DNA of 64,000 bases from Hormiphora californensis (Eukaryota > Animalia > Ctenophora): NCBI GenBank assembly GCA_020137815.1, contig CM035359.1, positions 7,998,001 through 8,062,000 of the forward strand, given 5' to 3'. The notes under the pieces were generated by a model. That model ran no database searches and was not told where the DNA came from. It was given only the letters and a program-made list of their open reading frames with translations. Numbering within the stretch: position 1 is the first letter of the stretch; every line of letters starts with the position of its first letter. Of this stretch, positions 1 to 11,300 are shown one piece after another. A program made the position numbers and the translations under genes.

Positions 1-587
1 ACCACTAAATAGACTCTAGATCCGGTTTAAGTTGGTCAATTTCCGATTTGAAAAAAACCAGCTGAAAGCTAATAATATTAGCTTTCAGATGGTATAAAAA
101 ATTATCTAAATATTCGCATGTTTTCATTACAAATTCTGGTAAATTAAGATTATCGGGGCAATTCGAACCACCGGGGAAATTCGAACCGGGGCAATTTGGT
201 TAGTGAACCGGGCCAATGATGTGCAGTTCTTTGTACCACGTGATACCGGGGCAATTAGAACTAGAACGACCAGCGTGTAGATTGCGTGGAGATTACATTG
301 TTCGAATTGCACCCACCTCTATCAACACAAGGCGGGAATCTTCTTCTGGTGTTGTGAGGACGTTCACGTGACTCCCACGTGACGAAATAAAGCACTCCTA
401 TTGGTGTTGTCCGAATTGCCCCGGTACCATTTTTTCCGACCAAAATTTTTAAATTAGTTATTTAGTTTTAAAGTAAATGATGGTCCCTAGAGTTGAAATT
501 TATCTTATTTGAAAGATAAATAATGAACTTTAATCCTATATAATTTTTTTCATTGTATCTTTTTTTAAATGGGAGTGAGAACCGATT

Positions 588-919
588 TAAAAAACTCTCC
601 AACAGGTCTGATTTTCGAGAAAGTAGTACAGTCGAACCCCGATTTACCGGGCCCCGATTTACCGGAACCCCGATTTACCGGAAGTAAAATCTTCCCCCGA
701 TTTAGGAAATTAACGGTATATCGCCCCGATATACCGGGCACCCCGATTTACCGGGCAAAACCCTTTCCCCCGAGCATCCCGGTAAATCGGGGTCCGACTG
801 TATAGGGTAAACCGGGGCAAAATGGTTAACTTTTTACTTAAAAGTAAAAAGTTAACCATTTTGCCCCGGTTTACCCTATACTACTTTCTCGAAAATCAGA
901 CCTGTTGGAGAGTTTTTTA
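588..919. repeat. Near-perfect palindrome (arms about 80 bp, centre near 840) whose left arm is interrupted by a MITE
   Basis: TAAAAAACTCTCCAACAGGTCTG...AGTAGTA[insert]TAGGGTAAACCGGGGCAAAATGGTTAAC is mirrored by GTTAACCATTTTGCCCCGG...GGAGAGTTTTTTA. Confidence 0.9.
629..800. mobile_element. Tc1/mariner (pogo/Tigger-like) MITE
   Basis: TIRs CAGTCGAACCCCGATTTA / TAAATCGGGGTCCGACTG, TA on both sides, internal CCCCGATTTACCGG repeats. Confidence 0.85.
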
Positions 920-1164
920 CTGTGGATCCTGATAGTGATAATGCAAGGCGGCTGTTTAGTACCTACCCGATCATAGATTTGAATAAACATCGTGTTAAGG
1001 AGCTGCTGATTCACGTGAAAAGCTCTATGAACTGTCCAAAGAAGGACCCCTTTTACCATTATATCCAAGATGAACTGATAGTGTAATTTTAATTATGTAA
1101 TATTAGATTTATTATTATGTAAATCGTTTACATTTGTGCTCATTATTCATATTGTGCTCATTCA

Positions 1165-1395
1165 ATATTATATGATTCGATCTCTCACGTGTCACTCACG
1201 TGTCACTCACGTGTCACGCACGTGTCACTCACGTGTCACTCACTCTCACTAGCTTTAGCTCATAGAACCTAATCAGATCACATTTCTATGAGCCATAGTT
1301 GTATGCATCTACGACTCATAGAATCTATGAGCCATAGTTGCATGCATCTATGGCTCATAGATTCTATGAGCCATAGTTGCATGAGCCATAGTTGT
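1165..1395. repeat. Short tandem arrays: (TCACGTGTCAC-like)n then CTATGAGCCATAGTTGCATGCAT units in mixed orientation
   Basis: Read directly from the sequence. Confidence 0.8.
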
Positions 1396-3082
1396 AGGTA
1401 ATCGTCGTTATACAGCTGATTGAAAGTTGCAGGAAGAGCCAAATTCATGCATGTCTTTGGCTAGGACTAGTTGGACTGTCTCCCCTGACAGGGGCACCTT
1501 CTAGATTTTGCGATGCCATCCTCTGGTCTAGGACCAGTGCTACATGTGGGTTCATGTAGCATCACGGAGTGACGCATGCAACGTCCGGCCGTTCATAAGG
1601 GGTAAAGTCGGGTTCCTACCCAGGTTAGCGGTTCCCGAGAAGTAAGAGGGTAAGTGTATTCGTCCTGTGGGCGTCACTGCTGCACAGGTTGACGTTTGAT
1701 TAGGTTGTTATAAGGCGATGATCGTTGCTTATGCGAAGAGTAGGTAGCTTGGTAAAATTGTACCAGTCTAGCTGGTAACTTTCATGAGGTCCAGTGGCAG
1801 TGTCAGTGCCGGTAAGCGTGATGTCTCTTTGCCTCAAAGACTTTGAGGCATTACAGCGGTCCCATATGATTTTCTACCGCCCCCGCATGGAAATTTTGCT
1901 GAGGGTGGTTGGTAGACGGGCTACCAGTAAGCGTGTTGTCTCATTGAGGCAAAACGACGGTCCCACATGATTTTCTACCGCCCCCAGCGTGGAAATTTTG
2001 CTGAGGGTGGTTGGTAGACGGGCTACCAGAAAGCCACCAGCTTGGAAAGCCCTTTATCCCGACCCAAGGCTGGGAGGTCGGGAGGGTAAAGGAAGAGAGG
2101 TCTCTCTGAAGAAGTCAGAGAGGGGAAGTGGGCGGTATGAGGTGGTAAGGAACAGCAAGGACAAGGGACACAAAAACCAGGGTAAAAAGGTGGCAAAGAA
2201 ACAAAAGGGGAGAAAACTAAAACTATCTATGCACCAACGAAAAAATGATGTGCATGGTGGATGGGAGTGTGTAAAGTAAAATAAAAAATAGTAACAACAC
2301 ATACTGAATGCACCATCAAAAGAATGAATTGCATGGTTGATGGGGGTAAAAGTGAATGAGTAAAACAGTGTCCAGGGATTCAGCCCTGTGGCCCTGCACA
2401 CTGAGTAGTCGATTAACTGTGCTCGGCCAGCCCTACTGGTCGGGGACTGTTGCCCGGGGCGGCCCAAAACGTGGAGGAGACAGTGGTTGACCGGACCCTC
2501 CGCCCCATCATACGACCTTAAACCAAGCGGCATTCGACAGATAATTGTCTCGTGCATGTACCCATCTGGGTGGTGACTCTCAATCTTACCTATGACGCGT
2601 GCAATGACGTCACGAGTGACGTCATTGCGCAAGACCGACTAACTTTTTTAAACGCCTCTAGCACCCTGAAGACGTGTTCCAATATCTGATTTGACGAAAA
2701 ATCGTTACCGGCAAATCGTCTGAACTTGCAGATACAATTTAGCAAATTTTCGTAGCTTATCATTCTGATCCCTTAAATCGCGTCGGAAGTCAAAAATTTG
2801 TCGTAAAATTCAGCAAATTGAACGTTTATCGAGCAAAAACTCCCTTTCCTGACCACTGTGATCAATGAAACTTTACAAATTTCTTTGGGGTATTGATTCA
2901 AAATATATCGTGATGCCATTACGTCGTTACGACGTCAATAATTACGTCAAATGACGTCACAATGACGTCAAAAATACGATGTTCACAGAAATTCGTCTAT
3001 TTTCTTATATAACGGATCATGTCGACAATATTACATCATGAAATAATGTCATGCTGCGATTAGAAAACAAAAAGGGACCTAA

Positions 3083-3183
3083 ATTAAGCCAAAAACTAAT
3101 TGAAATTAGTTGGCGGGAAAGGTGGCCCACTTACACCTTTGCCTGCTGCCGGGATCAGAGATATAAGAGGTGAGACAGAGAGG

Positions 3184-3261
<78 letters not shown>

Positions 3262-3621
3262 GACAGAGAGAGAGAGACAGAGAGGGAGAAAAGACAGAGA
3301 CAAACATACAGACACGTACACAGACAGTAGACACAGAGAGGAAAGAGACAGAGAAAAGAGAGGGATAGAAAAAACAGGAATAAGTTACCCTCGTTATATA
3401 AAAGATTGAGATACCGAGGAAGAGAATGAGAGTTCGTGCGCGTGGTGATACCCGGCAGCAACAAAAGGTGTAAGTGGGCTTGGTGACATAGACACCGTGC
3501 GCGACCAAGATTGAGCTCACACACATATGTGCGAGCTCGATCTCGCACGCACTAGGTGTCAATGTCACCAATAAGTGGGCCACCTTTCCCGCCAACTAAT
3601 TTCAATTAGTTTTGGCTTAAT
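3083..3621. mobile_element. Unclassified inverted-repeat element enclosing a (GA)n microsatellite
   Basis: About 50-bp IRs ATTAAGCCAAAAACTAATTGAAATTAGTTGGCGGGAAAGGTGGCCCACTTA and its reverse complement. Confidence 0.7.
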
Positions 3622-4737
3622 ATGTAATATAACTTTTTCATAAATATTGATCCAACAGAAATTACCCACAATTAACAACAAGAATAACTGCATTATGTTT
3701 CATAATGCTATGTTTCCCCGCCAACCTTTATTTTCATAACCATCTAATGGGAAGGCGGGACAGGCATTTCCGATCATCTATGAATCAGTCAAACCGTATA
3801 GAACAAATCATTGTGTTTTAGTAGCACTAAATTGCATGCCACATTGCGCGGCTCACATTTCCTGAAAACGTGCCATTGAAGTATTTGATGAAGGAGCAAC
3901 ATCGTTGTCCCTCGCAACTGAGCGGGTTACGTTACAAAAAAGCGTGACACTTCACTAGTATGTAAAATAAAATTGTCGAATTCTAAACCCCTATGCCTTT
4001 TTACAAAAGGCATCCGGGTGAATGCCTTCGGCATTCACCGGGCGGGGAAAAAATATCTCAGTGATGGATGGGTCGAATTTGAGCAGCAAAATGGCAAAAT
4101 GCTCAGTGAACTAATCTCTAATACCTTCATTTCGACAGTTCACTAGTATTTCTAGTCAATTACCGCATTTCATTCACTAAATGCTTGATCGCTCATTTAA
4201 AACCCACTATCACGCACCATCGCACTAAACTGTGTATTCGCTCAATAAAAGAAAATCACAAAAATTGCGTAAACTGTTGTTTCACTTCTAATTTTATGCT
4301 GATCACAATTCACTCATTCAATGTTTTTATTTAAGATTCGTTAATGATTTCATTCCAAACACATTCATGATTCATTCATAATTTGTTAATGTTTCATATG
4401 TTTATATATTGTACATGTCCACCTTATTTTATCATTGATGAGAATATTATATAATGATTTGATTTGATTAGCTTTGATTGATTGTTACTGAGAACAATTT
4501 AATTTTAAGATCTAGAAGTATGATTTCATATTCTTTCACCGACGACAGACAGAAGACGATATGGTGGTGATTCCGAAAGGATGATCCGGCACTATGCTGT
4601 CTCGCCTGTTCGGCGAGACTTGGCTGTGTGACTGTTTACAGTCCCAGATGAGTGGTCCAAACCAAACCAAACCTACAAAAAACTTGTCCAGTTCTGATTC
4701 TGTTCACTCTCACTCGGTCAGCACAGTTGAAAATAAT

Positions 4738-7700
4738 GGTAATATGGTAGTTCTGGGCTGAACACTTTCGACCGCTTTAAAGCGCTTTAAAGCGTTTGAG
4801 AAAGCGCTATAAAGCGCTTTAAAGCGCTTTAAAGCGATACCGCTTTAAAGCGCACCGCTTTAAAGCGCTTTTAAAGCGCTAAAAGCGCTTTATAGCGGTT
4901 TTTGTAGCGATATAAAGCGCTTCCGAAAGCGCTTTAAAGCGCTTTCAAAAGCGCTTTAAAGCGCCACCGATTTAAAGCGCTTTTTTTTGATGGCGAGAAA
5001 AAATAAAGCGCTTTAAAGCGCTTTAAAAGCGCTTTTAAAAGCGCTATAAAGCGCTTTTCAAAACGCTTTATAGCGCTTTAAAGCGCTTTTAGCGCTTTCA
5101 AGCGCTTTTAAGCGCTTTAAAGCGGTGAATATCGCTTTAAAGCGCTATAAAAAGCGCTTTTAAAAGCGGTGTTGAAAAAGCGCTTTTTAAAGCGCTTTAC
5201 AGCGCTTTTAAAAGCGCTATAAAGCGCTTTAAAAAGCGCTTTTTAAAGCGCTTTAAAAAGCGCTTTATAGCGCTTTTAAAAGCGCTGTACAGCGCTTTAA
5301 AAAGCGTTTTATATCGCTTCAGAAAGCGTTTATAAAAACGCTTTAAAGCGCTTTAAAGCGCTTTTAAAAGCGCTATAAAGCGCTTTTAAAAGCGCTTTCT
5401 AGAGCGCTTTAAAGCGCTTTAAAGCGCTTTTAAAAGCGCTTTTTAATGCACTATAAAGCGCTTTAAAGCGCTTCTTATAGCGCTTTAAATAGCGCTTCAT
5501 AGCGCTTTATAAAGCGCTTTATAGCGCTTTATATAGCGCTTTAAAGCGCTATAAAAAGCGCTATATCAAGCGCTATAAAGCGCTTTATAGCGCTATAAAA
5601 AGCGCTTTATAGCGCTATAAAAAGCGCTATAAAGCGCTATATAAAGCGCTTTGTAGCGCTTTTTATAGCGCTATAAAGCGCTTTATAAAGTCTTTTAAAA
5701 AGCGCTTTAAAGCGCTTTTTAAAGCGCTTTAAAGCGCTTTTTATAGCGCTTTATGAAGCGCTGTAAAGCGCTTTATAGCGCTTTATAAAGCGCTTTCAAG
5801 CGCTTTAAAAAGCGCTATAAAGCGCTTTAAGAAGCGCTTTATAGCGCTTTATAAATCGCTAGAAAGCGCTTTATAAAGCGCTAGAAAGCGCTATAAAAAG
5901 CGCTTTAAAGCGCTTTATGAAGCGCTATAAATCCCACTTTTTCGTGATCACTTCCACTCCTTTTCAGATTAAACTGCGTTTCCGTTGGGGGCGATTATAA
6001 TTTGGGTGCCTTGCAGCCTGTGTACAGGTGTGCGCTACCAAAAGAGTACACTTAGACCGAGTTTTTCAAATGTCTATAGTCATGCAACCACAAGGCCAAT
6101 TTGAGTTAACTAAAGTCTCTTTTTGGGAGAGAGGGAGTGAAAGAGAGGGTACACCACGGAGCACAGTTGGGTATGATATCCCCTCTTTCTTCTATCCTCC
6201 CGCGCTGTCTCTCTCAGTCTCATGTTATCGCGTGCGCTATGTTTAGTTCGGGATGGGGGCGAGTGAGGGATAGAGAAAGAGGGTATACCATTACCACGGA
6301 GGATTTTAATAGGTGCGGCGTTTTCGGGTGTGGCGGGCGCCATTTGAGGTTCACAGCCATATCATGATGCTTTTCGGAATCTTTAGGGGGTGTAATTTTT
6401 ACGCCGTAATCTGGCTGGTGGCTCCGGCTGGTTGAGACACAGTCTACAGCTAAAACAGTGTAAAGATGTTAGTTATGAGACTTGAATGGTCAATGGTGAC
6501 GTCAGACGTGTGTGTAGCTGGTATCAAGTCAATTGATTGAGAAATACGAATACAAGTGGCAAGTGCTGAGTCATGAGAGCAAGTCGAGAATCTCAACTCT
6601 CAAGACTCAACGGCAGACCGCAGACGGCACTCGGCAGAAGTAAGTGAAAACAAAGAAATGAATTCACTGCCAACTTATATTTGAGTCTGAACGGGCATGT
6701 TCCTTGGGTACGGTGCACCCTCTCTTTTTGGGAAGGGGGTAGGAGAGAGGGAGTGAAAGAGACGGTACAACACGGAGCACAGCTTATTTGGACATATGCC
6801 GAGTTTTATTAGTGCAAATTTTCCCACGGCCGTGGGAAACTATGAAAGCTTCATGTGATGAGCTCGTTTTACTATAAAAAGCGCTTTCAAGCGCCTTAAA
6901 TAGCGCTTTTAAAAGCGCTTTAAAAAGCGCTAGAAAGCGCTTTTAAAAGCGCTTTAAAGCGCTTTATATAGCGCTTTATATAGCGCTTTTTAGCGCTATT
7001 TAAAGCGCTAGTTAAAGCGCTAAAAAGCGCTTTAAAAAGCGCTATAAAGCGCTCTAAATAGCGCTTTATAGCGCCTCGAAAAGCTCTTTAAGAAGCACTT
7101 TATAGCGCTTTATAAAGCGCTATAAAGCGCTTTTTAAAGCGCCACAAAAAGCGCTTAAGAGCGCTTTATAGCGCTATAAAAAGCGCTTCATAGCGCTATT
7201 TAAAGCGCTCTATAGCGCTTTTTATGGCGCTTCAAAGCGCTTTAAAAAGCGCTAAAAAGCGCTTTGAAAAGCGCTTTATAAAGCGCTAGAAAGCGCTTTT
7301 AAAAGCGCTTCCTAGCGCTTTTTAAAGCGCTTTTCAAAGCGCTTTTTAGCGCTTTATAGCGCTTTATAGCGGTTGAAGTAGCACATTTTATATCGCTTTA
7401 AAGCGCTTTAAAAAGCGCTTTTGAGCGCTTTAAGAAGCGCTTTTTAGCGCTTTAAAAGCGCTTTATAAAGCGCTTTTTAGCGCTATAAAAGCGCTTTAAA
7501 GCGCTCTTTAAAGCGCTTTAAAGCGCTTTTTAAAGCGCTAAAAAGCGCTTTTAAAAGCGCTGTATAGCGCTATAAAGCGCTTTCAAATATGCTATATAAA
7601 GCGCTTTAAAAAGCGCTATAAAGCGCTTTGTAGCGCTTTATAGCGCTATTGAAAGCGATTTTTAGCGCTTTTAAAAGCGCTATAAAGCGCTTTATAGCGC

Positions 7701-8132
7701 TTTTAAAAGCGCTTTCTAGCGCCATTTAGCGCTTTATAGCGCTTTTAAAAGCGCTTTCGAAAGCGCTATAAAGCGCTAAATAGCGCTAAATAGCGCTTTA
7801 AAGCGATCTGACGAAGCGCTTTATAGCGCTTAATAGCGCTTTTTAAAGCGCTTGCAAAACGCTTTAAAGCGCTAAATTTTGAAAATAAAGCGCTTTAAAT
7901 CGGTGGCGCTTTAAAGCGCTTTTAAAAGCGCTTCATAGCGCTTTCGAAAGCGCTTTATATTGCTTCAGAAACCGCTATAAAGCGCTTTTAGCGCTTTAAA
8001 AGCGCTTTAAAGCGGTGCGCTTTAAAGCGGTATCGCTTTAAAGCGCTTTAAAGCGCTATAAAGCGCTTTCTCGAACGCTTTAAAGCGCTTTAAAGCGGTC
8101 GAAAATGTTCAGCCCAGAACTACCATATTACC
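4738..8132. mobile_element. Non-autonomous foldback DNA transposon, Merlin-like, with about 1.2-kb arms of AGCGCT-centred repeats
   Basis: TIR GGTAATATGGTAGTTCTGGGCTGAACA and reverse complement; 8-bp TSD AAAATAAT (4730-4737, 8133-8140); GGNRM terminus; non-coding spacer about 5930-6870. Confidence 0.85.
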
Positions 8133-8165
8133 AAAATAATTAATGAGTCATCCTTCTTGTTTCAG

Positions 8166-8257
8166 ACATCATATGGATCATCAGGATTCAAGGCATTCAG
8201 GTGCCAGGGAGGATATGACAGTATGCTGAGAATGAACTGCTACGACTCCGGGGACAG
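8166..8257 (+). other. Candidate orphan coding exon (TSYGSSGFKAFRCQGGYDSMLRMNCYDSGD)
   Basis: TTGTTTCAG acceptor, AG|GTAAAA donor, one open frame; no partner exon found. Confidence 0.3.
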
Positions 8258-8274
8258 GTAAAATTTGTCTTTTA

Positions 8275-9560
8275 TAATAATAATAATATCCGTACTTATA
8301 TACACGCTCATACTACATAGGTTACCAGAACAAAAAACTAGTAAACTACACAGCAATCAGAGCGGTTCACCTTTGCAAACATAACTATAGTATTAAAGAT
8401 AAATAAAATGTTCTAAATCCCATTTAAATGTCCGGTGCTCTGATGCTCAAAAATCCAGTCACAATACCTTACTAAATTTGTAAATACACAAACTCAAACA
8501 CAGCAGTCCCGCACTGCACTGTCTCTCACACTTCCTCCACCTTGCCCCACGAATCCCAAAGGTCTTCCCCGGCTCCGCATCCTTCCTCTCCTTCAGTGCT
8601 ACCACCAGCTTCCTCCTCTCCTCCCTCTCCTCTGGAGAACGGTCAGGGGAAATATAGACATTTTTGTGCCTATCATAGTTCTTCAGAGATTTCTTATTGG
8701 ACAGTATATGATCTCGGAAATCTTTGCCACATAAACGTAGCTTTACAGGCCGGTCAGAGCCATCCTTGTATTTCCCAAGTCGCTTCATACTGGAAATACC
8801 AGTAATACAAGCACCCAATATACTGTTAAACACTCGCTTAATTTCGTTCTCCAGATCCTCATCATTCTCAGCCTGGTCATCAAACAGACCATGCACAATA
8901 ACATTGCTCGCCCTGTCCTCTGTCGCTACAGCAATAGCATGACGTACCCGCTGCGGTGCTAGGGCAGTCTCACAGTTTTTCTAGAGAACACCAGCAAAAG
9001 ATTTAATCTCCTTCTCAGCGGTAGACTGTACGGCAATGATCTCACCGTCTCGCTTCTCCAACAGTTCACACTGTAGCTTAACTAAGCGGTCCTGTGCCTC
9101 AACCAGCAAGCGCTGTGCGGTGATAAGCTCCTCTTGGCAATTGATGATTCTCCTCTCACAATCAGCTTCAATAGACAACTTATCAATCGCCGGGTAACAC
9201 CGCTCAACCAGCAAGCGACATGCCTTCTCTGCAAACTCAGCAAGTTCAGGTTTTCCCACTCCCTTGATCTTACTCTTACTAGGACACTTCAAATTGTCCC
9301 AGAAACAGGAAGCTGAATTAGCAGACCATTTCTTGGGGAAAGAATCCGCTTCCTTCACATGAACGAACAATTCTCGCACTAGGTCCACAACTTCACTCTG
9401 TACCTCACGGTATACCCCCTTTTTTTTACAAAATTTTATTCTTTATCCTCTCACAAATTGAAACACTTTAGGTTGTGGCAAACATATGTTTCATGATGTC
9501 AATGACACCAATCATCAGTGCTCAAATTAATTTGTTTAAAGTAGCGCTGAAAAGTTAAAA
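8275..9560 (-). mobile_element. ORF1-only LINE-derived retroposon with spliced leader at the 5' end and (ATT)n tail
   Basis: ORFs 8981-9388 and 8459-8896 encode a coiled coil plus the CR1/L2-type ORF1 motif (RLGK...RPVKL...VYISPDRSPEEREERRKLV); no EN/RT follows; TAATAATAAT tail at about 8275-8287. Confidence 0.8.
9521..9560 (-). other. Ctenophore-type spliced-leader exon copy (variant)
   Basis: Minus strand reads TTTTAACTTTTCAGCGCTACTTTAAACAAATTAATTTGAG; near-identical to 24089-24128 and 50102-50141; recalled match to Pleurobrachia SL. Confidence 0.8.
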
Positions 9561-10266
9561 ATAAATTAACTATATGTATCCAGCTCCCTCTACACCCGGT
9601 CAAGCACTCTCGTGGCCGTCGCCGCCCCATATTGTCTTACTTGACTTATTTTGACTTAAGGTGGGTGGAATTCCCGAACGCCTTGAACAAGTTTTAACCA
9701 CGCATCACGTTCCTCCATAACTGAAGCTATCTCCTTCACGTCTCCCAGACCCGTATCTTGCCGTAGGGCGTAGAACATCCACAAAGGTCTTCGAGGGCCT
9801 GCCACGTTTATAATGACCGTGAGTAGGCTCCCAAAGGAGGACTTTGTAGAGTGTCAGCTCTGAGTGTCTTTCTGCATGTCCGGCAAGTCGTAATCTTCGT
9901 TCCGCTATTTTAGTGCTGAGAATGGGTAACCTTCCAATACCATACAACGTGCCATTAGTCATGCGGAGTTGACACTGGTTCTTGTTAAGTGCCATTCTCA
10001 ACATACGTGTATAAGCTCCATTCAAACTCTTCTCCATTTGTTTGGTGAGGGTCCAGGTCTCACATCCGTATAGGACAACGGTTTCGACAGTAGCAACGAA
10101 TAACCTACACTTGAGTTCGTCTTTAAGATCTCAGTTCCAGACTTCCTTCAAGCCGTGGCAGGCAACCCATGCCTTACTCTTCCGGTTCTTGATGTCCTTG
10201 TTCGAATCTCTGATCCACGAACCCAGGTATTTGAAGTCATCGGTTGTTTTGATGGTGTGTCCGTAA

Positions 10267-10501
10267 GGGGAAACTCTAACTAAATGGCATCCCATTAATG
10301 GGATCCCATCAACAGTAAAACTCTAACTGATAATGGACCACAGTGATGGTTCTTTCTCTGTATTCTTTCTGTGTGCGCCCCGCGCCCGGGCATGCCCAAT
10401 GTACTGCCTACAGAGAGAATACAGAGAAAGAACCATCACTGTGGTCCATTATCAGTTAGAGTTTTACTGTTGATGGGATGCCATTCAGTTAGAGTTTCCC
10501 C
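10267..10501. mobile_element. Palindromic PIF/Harbinger-like MITE, copy 1 (shorter)
   Basis: GGGGAAACTCTAACT...AGTTAGAGTTTCCCC; same family as 25581, 50379 and 53535. Confidence 0.8.
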
Positions 10502-10630
10502 TCCCAGGTAAGAAGCGGTTCTGGATCTGGGATGTTCTCCACTATGAGCTCCGTTTTGTTCTGGTTAATAGCCAGACCAACCTCCTTACAAACCGTTTCA
10601 ACCTCACGAAGTAAAACCCCTAACTCTATA

Positions 10631-11300
10631 TATAGTACATAACGTTCTGCACGTAGTGCAAGCGTGCCATATACGCTCTGCACCGCAGAGCGTATATAAT
10701 GGAGGTGAAATGTGCGACAGCGCAGCTGGAGTGCATTTCATACCTATATTGCACGAGTGTAACGAGTGCGATATAGGAGCGCTTGCACATGCCGTGCAGG
10801 ACGTTATTGAGTATATATTTCGCGAAAAAACACATGACAAGCAAATCAATCATAATTTTGGGTTATTACACACAGAGAGATGTGACAAAACAAGGTACAA
10901 ACTCAGCAAAACTACACTACTACACCTTTTACACACAAGGGGACCAAGTTTTGTCAGTTTTAACAGTGAAAAGAAGAGAGAGATAAAGAGAGAGGTACGA
11001 GAGAGATTGGAAATAATAGCAAACAACAAAACGTGATAAGGGGATAATTAGAAAGAGAAAGAGGGACGTGAGTGTAAAATGGCAGACTGTGTGTCGTGTA
11101 GTACCTTGTCAGTCATATTCTGTGTGTTTGTGTGTGATAAAGGTGTAAAAACACTGCGAAAACACTTTTCTTAATTATATCCCGCTACCTCTATATCTGC
11201 TCGCTCCCGCGGAAGCAGAGTGCATATTTTACAGTGCAAAATTTGCAGCAAATGGTCGCGCGTAGCGGGAGTGATATGTGCACTCGCGGAATATATAATA
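10631..11300. repeat. Unclassified insertion in the RTE; part (10870-11265) recurs at 13310-13635
   Basis: TAACTCTATA on both flanks; shared block GAGTGTAAAATGGCAGACTGTGTGTCGTGTAGTACCTTGTCAGTC. Confidence 0.55.

Noticed and set aside
2420-2500. HDV-like ribozymes on the minus strand here and near 43290-43348
   Set aside because: A partial P2 and J4/2 resemblance only; I could not form P1 and P3.
3096-3595. ORFs rich in ER/SL/CV/HT (also at 13020-13498, 44892-45303, 47057-47392, 51651-52381, 59578-60111)
   Set aside because: Translations of dinucleotide microsatellites.
4760-8100. Repeat/linker arrays (also 27190-28087 and 48160-49930) as CRISPR-like arrays
   Set aside because: Linkers are a few A/T bases, not unique spacers; no cas genes; the arrays sit inside TIR elements in a eukaryotic context.
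9521-9560. SL RNA gene
   Set aside because: No GT donor after the SL exon in this copy.
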